From the IMG/VR virus record IMGVR_UViG_3300025098_005131: a stretch of 64,000 nt of DNA. One strand, given 5' to 3'. This stretch comes from a virus. Taxonomy: Duplodnaviria > Caudoviricetes. Positions 58,190 to 64,000 of this stretch are shown one piece after another. The notes under the pieces were generated by a model, which saw only the letters and a program-made list of their open reading frames with translations, searched no databases and was not told where the DNA came from. Within the stretch, counting starts at the first letter, position 1, and the number at the start of each line of letters is the position of its first letter. The translations under genes and the position numbers were made by a program.

Positions 58190-58744
58190 ATGTCAAAAAA
58201 TAAATTTAAAAAACAAATTCAAGAAAAGTACAAAGGTAGAGGAAATACGTGGGTAAAGATTCCAAAAGACTCTCCTGCTTTTCAAAGTTTTTTAAGTCTT
58301 ATTCCTAGTTGTAGTGATGGAACTATGTTTCTTGATCATGTTAATCGCGAAGGTTTTGGTTGGGCTAGATTTTCCAAAGTCGAAGGAGATGAATCAAATC
58401 CTGTTGAATTATTTGAAGTTAGATATAAAGGATCTAGGTTTGATCATCCTGAAAATATTTTAAACGTTCCTCATTCTGTGTCTAAAGACTTTCCTTTACT
58501 AGGCAATACTCCTGTTAAGATTGATATCGAAGTACTTCCAGAAAACAGGAAAAGCAAAAAACAAGTAAATACTTTCAAACGTAAGATTGTTAAAAACAGT
58601 GAAGAAGTAATTGAAGACTATCAAAGTATAGAACAAGAAATTACAATTATTAAAGAAGCAGCACTAACTAAACCTTCAAACAAAGAGCTTGAAAACTGGT
58701 ATGAGTTTTTAAAGCTTAACGGGCTTTATGAGGAAAATGTTTGA
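58190..58744 (+). CDS. Unknown 'GRGAKW' family, paralog D
   Basis: KYKGRGNTWVKI; GFGWARF; FEVRYKGSRFDHPE; LGNTP; C-terminal WYEFLKLNGL resembles WEAFLASEGL of paralog C. Confidence 0.8.
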   Translation: MSKNKFKKQIQEKYKGRGNTWVKIPKDSPAFQSFLSLIPSCSDGTMFLDHVNREGFGWARFSKVEGDESNPVELFEVRYKGSRFDHPENILNVPHSVSKDFPLLGNTPVKIDIEVLPENRKSKKQVNTFKRKIVKNSEEVIEDYQSIEQEITIIKEAALTKPSNKELENWYEFLKLNGLYEENV

Positions 58745-58906
58745 CTTTTATACTTTAACTGCGTTTGTTATACTATTTAGTTATTTGCATTCTTTCTACA
58801 ACCATAGAAAAAGAACAGACGTTTACTTTATATTTTTATTTACAGAACTTACTTTATTGTTTACTTATATTAACTTCCAAAGCTTTTTTAAATAAAGGAC
58901 TTAGCT

Positions 58907-59239
58907 ATGACACAATGGGTTGAAATCAGACAAGGTGATACTATTCACTTCAAAGAAAAGTCTGGAAAAGGATCAGTTGTATTTACTTCTAACAACGGAA
59001 ACTATTTTATGCCGGCAAAAGTCGGCATGAGAATTAAAGGTGTTGCAAAGCCTATTTTGAAAAATGAAGAGTTTATCTTTAGCCAAAGCACAGTTCAGTC
59101 TGTTTCAGGTGCAACTCGTGTTGTTAAATGTGAGTTATTAAGACTTTCTGATAATTCTAACTTCTTTGTATCAGAAATGGACTTAATGTCATACTTTTCT
59201 AAATCAAACAAAAGCAGTCTAGGCGGACACGTTTATTAA
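58907..59239 (+). CDS. Hypothetical protein
   Basis: ORF track; AAAGGA SD. Confidence 0.65.
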   Translation: MTQWVEIRQGDTIHFKEKSGKGSVVFTSNNGNYFMPAKVGMRIKGVAKPILKNEEFIFSQSTVQSVSGATRVVKCELLRLSDNSNFFVSEMDLMSYFSKSNKSSLGGHVY

Positions 59240-59248
59240 GGAATAAAC

Positions 59249-59506
59249 ATGAAATATCTTTACGTAATATGTTTTATAATTATAACTTTGTATTCTTGTA
59301 TATCGAAAAGAGAATATGATAGAGTGTTAAATGAAAACAAAGATATCATGAAAACAATTGAGAAAAACGACCTATTAACACAAGATGTAAGACAGCTTGA
59401 ATTTAAGATTAAAAACATTGAGTTTAGCTTACAAATGTGTGAAATAAAATTAAGAAAGCAAGATAGAAAACTTGTTGAATGTATAAACATGCGAGGTTGC
59501 AAATGA
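59249..59506 (+). CDS. Coiled-coil lipoprotein
   Basis: Lipobox LYSC; heptads. Confidence 0.6.
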   Translation: MKYLYVICFIIITLYSCISKREYDRVLNENKDIMKTIEKNDLLTQDVRQLEFKIKNIEFSLQMCEIKLRKQDRKLVECINMRGCK

Positions 59507-59733
59507 TTAGATCTAGCGATGAACTTATAGATAGAAAAATAGAAATAGACTTAAGAGGCAGAGATGGTAATGCTTTTGTTTTATTAGGATATGTGGACAC
59601 AATTGGCGAGCAAATCAACATACCAAAAAGAGTTAGAAACGACATTAAAAAAACAATGATGATGGGTAATTATGATCAGTTGATTAATACTTTTGATATT
59701 TGGTTTGGTAACTATGTCGACCTCTACAGATGA
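59503..59733 (+). CDS. Conserved-type phage hypothetical protein
   Basis: IEIDLRGRDGNAFVLLG...GNYDQLINTFDIWFG. Confidence 0.7.
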   Translation: MIRSSDELIDRKIEIDLRGRDGNAFVLLGYVDTIGEQINIPKRVRNDIKKTMMMGNYDQLINTFDIWFGNYVDLYR

Positions 59734-59989
59734 TTTCTATTTAAATCCTGGTGATATGATATGGGTTCACTTAAAAGGTCCAGACCAAAATTATGGCCAT
59801 GGTGAAGTTAAAGAAGTTTGGTTTGATGAAGAAATCAAAGAAGAGCTTTTTTGCTTTCATTGTTTAGTTAACGGTGGTTATAGAATGGGGAAAACATCTG
59901 AGCTAATAGAGAAACCAAACGCAAGAATGGTTTCAAAACTCTTACAGTCAAGAAAAGAATTCAATGAGATAATGAAGGAAAGAAGATAA
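59693..59989 (+). CDS. SH3-like hypothetical protein
   Basis: LNPGDMIWV...GHGEVKEV. Confidence 0.6.
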   Translation: MIFGLVTMSTSTDDFYLNPGDMIWVHLKGPDQNYGHGEVKEVWFDEEIKEELFCFHCLVNGGYRMGKTSELIEKPNARMVSKLLQSRKEFNEIMKERR

Positions 59990-60050
59990 TAAAGTGTAAC
60001 TCTTAAAATGTAGTGTTATAATAATAAAAACAAGGAAAAGGAATATTAAA

Positions 60051-60671
60051 ATGGACATTCAATCAATCAGAAAAATTATTTTCCCAAAAGTAAATGATAT
60101 CATTGCTAAGCTTGAAGAAGATCAACACGAAATTAAACTAACATTACTTCGAGAAATATTTAATGATGCAATCAATAGTCATCTAAACATTAGTCATACA
60201 AGCAATGTAAGTATTAAAGCTATGTTTTCAGGTAGAGGGCGTGCTTGGGCAAAAGTTAATGTAGACGATAATAACCCAGCCTGGGTCGAAATAAAAAACT
60301 CTTTAAGTCATGAGATATCAACATCTGTCAGTAGTTCAAATATGTTTGCAGAATGTAGTAATATGATTGATATATTTGAGAGTGCTGGGTTTGCATGGAT
60401 AAGATTTTCTTCTTCCTCGAAAGGATTTTCAAAATTTCAGATAAGAACAAAAGGTTCAAAGCTAGAAGACCATATAAAAGTAAGAATAGAAAATACAGAT
60501 TTATTAAATAATAATGTAGTCAATCTTGAAGGAGTTCCTCATAATCTAGGATTAGAAACAGGAATCTTTGAAAACAAAAAATGCATAAAAGAAATTATCA
60601 ACATTCCTGTTGAAACTAAAGACTTAGATGCAGTAGGTATTATAAGACTAGAAGACTTGCTAGATGCCTGA
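60051..60671 (+). CDS. Unknown 'GRGAKW' family, paralog E
   Basis: MFSGRGRAWAKV; GFAWIRFS; FQIRTKGSKLEDH; LEGVPHNLGLE. Confidence 0.8.
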   Translation: MDIQSIRKIIFPKVNDIIAKLEEDQHEIKLTLLREIFNDAINSHLNISHTSNVSIKAMFSGRGRAWAKVNVDDNNPAWVEIKNSLSHEISTSVSSSNMFAECSNMIDIFESAGFAWIRFSSSSKGFSKFQIRTKGSKLEDHIKVRIENTDLLNNNVVNLEGVPHNLGLETGIFENKKCIKEIINIPVETKDLDAVGIIRLEDLLDA

Positions 60672-60879
60672 GTTAGTGGTTGGTGAACTTGTTTTATTTA
60701 AATCACCTATGTATCAAAAAGGTTTATTGTGTTTAATAATTTCTATTGACAAGATATATAATATCCCTACTAAGGATTATTTTCTTCAGTACAATTTGTT
60801 TTGTCCAGAATCTATTCATAAATTTAGAATCTGGAATAGTTCTTGTAAAAATTCATCCAAGATAGAAAAGGTAAATTAA
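60664..60879 (+). CDS. Small hypothetical protein
   Basis: ORF track. Confidence 0.5.
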   Translation: MPELVVGELVLFKSPMYQKGLLCLIISIDKIYNIPTKDYFLQYNLFCPESIHKFRIWNSSCKNSSKIEKVN

Positions 60880-60880
60880 T

Positions 60881-61165
60881 ATGTCAAAGTGTGCTCGATG
60901 TACAACCTGTACTGCTGGTATTATGTGCCAATGTGGTAAATCAAAAAAGAAAGAAAGATCAAGCGTAAATCATCCTGATCATTATATGAAGACATCAGGC
61001 CATGAAGTCATCGACGTGATTGATGCATGGCGTCTTGATTTTAATTTAGGAAATGCAGTTAAATATATTGGTAGAGCAGGAAAAAAGAATCCAGATAAAG
61101 CTGTAGAAGATCTTGAAAAAGCTGTCTGGTATATTACTCACGAAATTAATTCTTTAAAAAAGTAA
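60881..61165 (+). CDS. DUF3310-type protein
   Basis: VNHPDHY...EVIDVI...FNLGNAVKYIGRAGKK...EDLEKAVWYI. Confidence 0.9.
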   Translation: MSKCARCTTCTAGIMCQCGKSKKKERSSVNHPDHYMKTSGHEVIDVIDAWRLDFNLGNAVKYIGRAGKKNPDKAVEDLEKAVWYITHEINSLKK

Positions 61166-61216
61166 AAACAAATACAATTTTTATGTTATATATAGACTCA
61201 AAATAGGAGATTTAAT

Positions 61217-61429
61217 ATGATTAAAGTTAAGAAAATTGTTTGGTCGTTTGATGGAACAGACTTTGAAGATTGTGATTACGAAGAATCAAGAAAGATTGCA
61301 GTATTACCTAAGTCGTTAAAAATAAATGAAGATGATATTGATAGCGACGCGCAAGAAGAAGATATCTTTGAATATCTTGAATCTATTTACGGATTTGAAG
61401 TTGAATCAGTAGTTTTCGAAGAGGACTAA
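61217..61429 (+). CDS. Acidic hypothetical protein (similar to 28514-28807)
   Basis: IKVKKIVWSFD...LPKSL...IFEYLESIYGFEV. Confidence 0.7.
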   Translation: MIKVKKIVWSFDGTDFEDCDYEESRKIAVLPKSLKINEDDIDSDAQEEDIFEYLESIYGFEVESVVFEED

Positions 61430-61478
61430 ACGTGTATTAACATTAATTTTGTTTTATAATAACAAAAAAAAGGAAATT

Positions 61479-62024
61479 ATGAAAAACAAAATTAAAGAAA
61501 AATTTAGTGGTGTAAAACATAAATGGATATACTTTCATACTGATACTGTTGAGTTTCAGCATATTCTAGACAAAATAACAATTGCCATTCATGAAAAAAG
61601 ATTTTCTTCAAAGAAAGCAATAACGCTTATTAAGTCTTTTAAGCTTCATGAAAAAGCTTTTATAAAATTTATAAAAACATCAGGCAGGAAAAAATTTGTT
61701 TGTGTCTGCAATATTATCGACAAGGAAAATAACAAATTAGAAGTTATCTTAAAACCAGAAACCCTTATTAACGCCAATATGCTTTCTAATACGCCTAAGG
61801 CATTGAAGTTATATAAGACAGATGAAAAAAACAAAGGACAATGGAAAAAGCCAGACGATGGATTTGTTGATCCAGTTCAATATCCTTTAGTTGAAGAAGA
61901 GCTTACAGAACTTGGATATGCAATGTACAAAGACTGGACTGAAGAGGTTGCTGCTTCTGGCTTGAGTAGCACTGATTATTATAGAAAGATTTGTGGGACG
62001 CTTAAATTCTATCAGAGAGGATAA
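61479..62024 (+). CDS. Possible distant 'GRGAKW' family member F
   Basis: IKEKFSGVKHKWIYF; LSNTPKALKL. Likely start 61479 (AAGGA SD) because the track start overlaps the promoter. Confidence 0.55.
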   Translation: MKNKIKEKFSGVKHKWIYFHTDTVEFQHILDKITIAIHEKRFSSKKAITLIKSFKLHEKAFIKFIKTSGRKKFVCVCNIIDKENNKLEVILKPETLINANMLSNTPKALKLYKTDEKNKGQWKKPDDGFVDPVQYPLVEEELTELGYAMYKDWTEEVAASGLSSTDYYRKICGTLKFYQRG

Positions 62025-62025
62025 T

Positions 62026-62223
62026 ATGGCTTATTGTAATGTTTGCAGTCGAGAATACCCTAACAAAAGAAAAGAATTAGGGTATGAAACATGTATTAGT
62101 TGTGGTGATAAATTTGCAAAAAAAGAAGCAAAAAGAAAATCTAAGTGTGTTGCTCCCCTATTTAATAAAGGCGCATATCAGTTTATTGGTAATATAAATG
62201 AAGCAAAAACTCTAGGCAGATAA
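62026..62223 (+). CDS. C4 zinc-finger small protein
   Basis: CNVC...CISC; PLFNKGAYQ. Confidence 0.7.
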   Translation: MAYCNVCSREYPNKRKELGYETCISCGDKFAKKEAKRKSKCVAPLFNKGAYQFIGNINEAKTLGR

Positions 62224-62230
62224 TGAAAGT

Positions 62231-62713
62231 TTGGCAATGAAAGAATGCTGGAAGACAGGAAAAAGAGAGTCTATATCTATTAAAGATATGTTTCAAATAT
62301 TAGAGAATGTGTCTAAGTGTGAAGGGCATAAAATAATAGTAGGAACTGATAGTTTTAAATTGGGCTACAACTTTGTCTTTGCTAGCGCTATCTGCGTTTT
62401 AAATTCTGATTTTTATGACAGAAGATATTTTTATATAAGAGAAAAATATAGAGATGATATTTATTTAGACTTATCAAGAAGACTTCTCAAAGAAGCAGAA
62501 GATTCAATTAAGATTGCAATAAATATTAAAGAAAAACTCAATACAGCTAATATTGAAATTCACGCTGATATAAATGAAAGTTTAAATCATTTATCTTCTA
62601 AGTACAAGAATATGATTAAAGGTTATGTGACAGGTTGTGGATTTAATGTAAAAACAAAACCACGATCATTCGTTGCTTCATCAATTGCTGATCTTCATAC
62701 AAGAAAGGCCTAG
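62231..62713 (+). CDS. RNase H-like YkuK (DUF458) family protein
   Basis: IIVGTDS; RLLKEAEDSI; EIHADIN; KPRSFVASSIAD. Confidence 0.85.
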   Translation: MAMKECWKTGKRESISIKDMFQILENVSKCEGHKIIVGTDSFKLGYNFVFASAICVLNSDFYDRRYFYIREKYRDDIYLDLSRRLLKEAEDSIKIAINIKEKLNTANIEIHADINESLNHLSSKYKNMIKGYVTGCGFNVKTKPRSFVASSIADLHTRKA

Positions 62714-63239
62714 CATTTTGAGCAGAGTAGCTTCTCACTTTTTAGTCAATATTGAAGAAGTAAACTCTGTTTTTGGTTATAGTATTAAAAACCCTGCAAA
62801 AAAAATAAAGTCTACCTATTTAAAAACAGGTGTATATCTTTGCTTTGTTGATGAAATGTTATTAAATAAAAACATTGACGAACAATTTTGCGAAATATTA
62901 TATGAAGGAGAAATAATAATACTCAGACATAAAGATATTATTAAACTCGTAATATAAACACTTATATTTAATATAAGGAGGTGTATTATGTCCACTTTAT
63001 TAATTACTGTTAATGATGCAAACAATACGTTTGAAATTGCAAACAAAACAAAGATTTATGTTTTTGACAATGTAAAGGAATACAAAGAAGAGTTGTGTGA
63101 CATTATTGAAAAAAATAAAATGTCTTACGTTGAAATAAAGTCTTTAGTTGAAAGCTGGGGAGGAAACATTGATTTAGTTGATTTGAATACTTTAATAAAA
63201 AATTATAAAAAAAATGAGACAAAAGGGTTACCAATTTAA
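62673..63239 (+). CDS. Two hypothetical ORFs (62673-62957, 62988-63239)
   Basis: ORF track; second has an AAGGAGG SD. Confidence 0.55.
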
Positions 63240-63284
63240 ATTTAGTGTTTAAATTATTCATAACAATATTTTAGGAGAAAAATT

Positions 63285-63686
63285 ATGTTTAACACAGTTT
63301 ATGGAGAATTTCCAGTCAATTGCTATTCTTATAAAGACTACAGTAAAGTAATTGATGCTATTACAAATGATGTTTTAAATCTTGCGTCTTCAGCAAATAA
63401 TTCATCTTATTTATTAAAAGAAATAGACAGTAATCTTGTTTTTGATTGTATTGCGACTAGTATTACAAAAGAAAATCTGTCTATAACTTTTAAAGATAGA
63501 AAGCTCATCGTAAAGACTATTGATGAATCAAAAGATTTATCTTATTTCAAGCCTGTTAATATTTCTTTAACTCTAAGAAAAGATATTGATGTTAAGTCTT
63601 CTTTTGCAGAACTTGAAAACGGTGTTCTTAAAATCACGATGCCTTTAAAAGAAGACTCTAAAGAAAAGAAGATTAGCTTTAAATAA
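63285..63686 (+). CDS. Small heat-shock protein (Hsp20/alpha-crystallin)
   Basis: LTLRKDIDVKSSFAELENGVLKITMP. Confidence 0.85.
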   Translation: MFNTVYGEFPVNCYSYKDYSKVIDAITNDVLNLASSANNSSYLLKEIDSNLVFDCIATSITKENLSITFKDRKLIVKTIDESKDLSYFKPVNISLTLRKDIDVKSSFAELENGVLKITMPLKEDSKEKKISFK

Positions 63687-63707
63687 AGATTTTGAAAAAA
63701 GAAAACA

Positions 63708-63736
63708 AAAAAAAACCAGCTTACGCTGGTTTTTTT
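63708..63736. terminator. Bidirectional intrinsic terminator
   Basis: A-tract-CCAGC-TTAC-GCTGG-T-tract between convergent genes. Confidence 0.85.
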
Positions 63737-63757
63737 GTATTTAAAAAAAGAATTAAA

Positions 63758-63982
63758 TTATTGATCGATAGTAATAGATTTCTGCGAAGTGTAAAGTGTT
63801 TCTTCTCCTTCAACGATATCTATAGTTTCTACATTATCTTCTAGATAACCTATATAGCCTTGTCCTTCTATATAGACCTCACACTCATGACTATATAGTT
63901 TTACTCTATGTTTATCTAGCAAAGCTCTTAAGTCATTTAAAAAATACTTGACTCTCTTGTCAGCACTTGCATTTAACTGCAT
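63758..63982 (-). CDS. Hypothetical protein
   Basis: ORF track; converges on the terminator. Confidence 0.6.
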   Translation of the reverse strand: MQLNASADKRVKYFLNDLRALLDKHRVKLYSHECEVYIEGQGYIGYLEDNVETIDIVEGEETLYTSQKSITIDQ

Positions 63983-64000
63983 ATAGTCTGTCTCTGTAAA

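Larger units (their letters stand above)
45984..61460 (+). promoter_or_regulatory. GTGTAA-N17-TATAAT promoter repeats, block 3 (8 copies)
   Basis: -35 starts: 45984, 47727, 48297, 53533, 56952, 58128, 59994, 61432 (GTGTAT). All have 17-bp spacers; downstream CATAAGG is mostly lost. Confidence 0.85.

Noticed and set aside
24325-61460. CRISPR array or integron attC array interpretation of the repeats
   Set aside because: Inter-repeat distances range from about 150 bp to several kb and contain ORFs with SD sites. The repeats are non-palindromic promoter consensus. No cas or integrase gene and no attC R/L boxes are visible.
25098-63046. Minus-strand or nested track ORFs in the cassette region (e.g. 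25098, 25105, 27139, 27812, 27892, 29290, 31294, 32129, 32351, 33747, 34922, 36608, 36823, 40236, 41503, 42271, 43743, 43858, 44228, 48876, 51185, 53336, 55568, 57467, 59260, 59424, 61646, 62816)
   Set aside because: Antisense or frame shadows of promoter- and SD-supported genes.
1-64000. Eukaryotic giant virus (NCLDV) or bacterial chromosome origin
   Set aside because: SD motifs, sigma70-type promoters, lipoboxes, lysozyme and OM barrels argue against NCLDV. The absence of housekeeping operons, the density of tiny unknown ORFs and the fibre genes argue against a cellular chromosome.

Overview
The window is best read as part of a large (jumbo-type) AT-rich tailed bacteriophage genome. Evidence: bacterial Shine-Dalgarno sites, sigma70-like promoters, bacterial-type tRNAs, PhoH, lysozyme and outer-membrane barrel genes. 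It has three zones. (1) 1-12.6 kb, mostly minus strand: tail-fibre-like genes (including a >=966-codon collagen-repeat ORF running off the left edge that the ORF track misses), PIN-PhoH, a stand-alone sigma region-4 HTH, an Hc1-like protein, a degenerate chaperonin, Nudix and a DinG-like helicase. (2) 12.7-24.1 kb: a class III nucleotidyl cyclase and membrane partner, a lysozyme, a DUF481 barrel, and a run of unrelated proteins sharing an N-terminal 'KLLVENW..L.E' or 'R+TE..LRR.I+..+.E' leader. I infer this leader is a capsid-targeting/cleavage signal. (3) 24.3-64 kb, almost all plus strand: an accessory, early-type region of short gene cassettes. I count 37 copies of a promoter repeat heading them (GTGTAA-N17/18-TATAAT, often followed by ATAYCATAAGG and an A/C-rich leader). 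This zone holds a six-member paralogous family of unknown proteins, many lipoproteins and micro-peptides, six tRNA genes (one atypical), a PARP-like ADP-ribosyltransferase, a minimal PolX, a probable restriction-modification pair and a nucleotidyltransferase. A sharp G/C skew reversal at about 31.55 kb occurs with no change of coding strand. Together with a GGCC-rich palindromic junction at about 24.25 kb, it brackets a roughly 7.3 kb block that may be a long terminal repeat or first-injected host-takeover module. All family assignments come from motif recognition by eye; no database searches were run.
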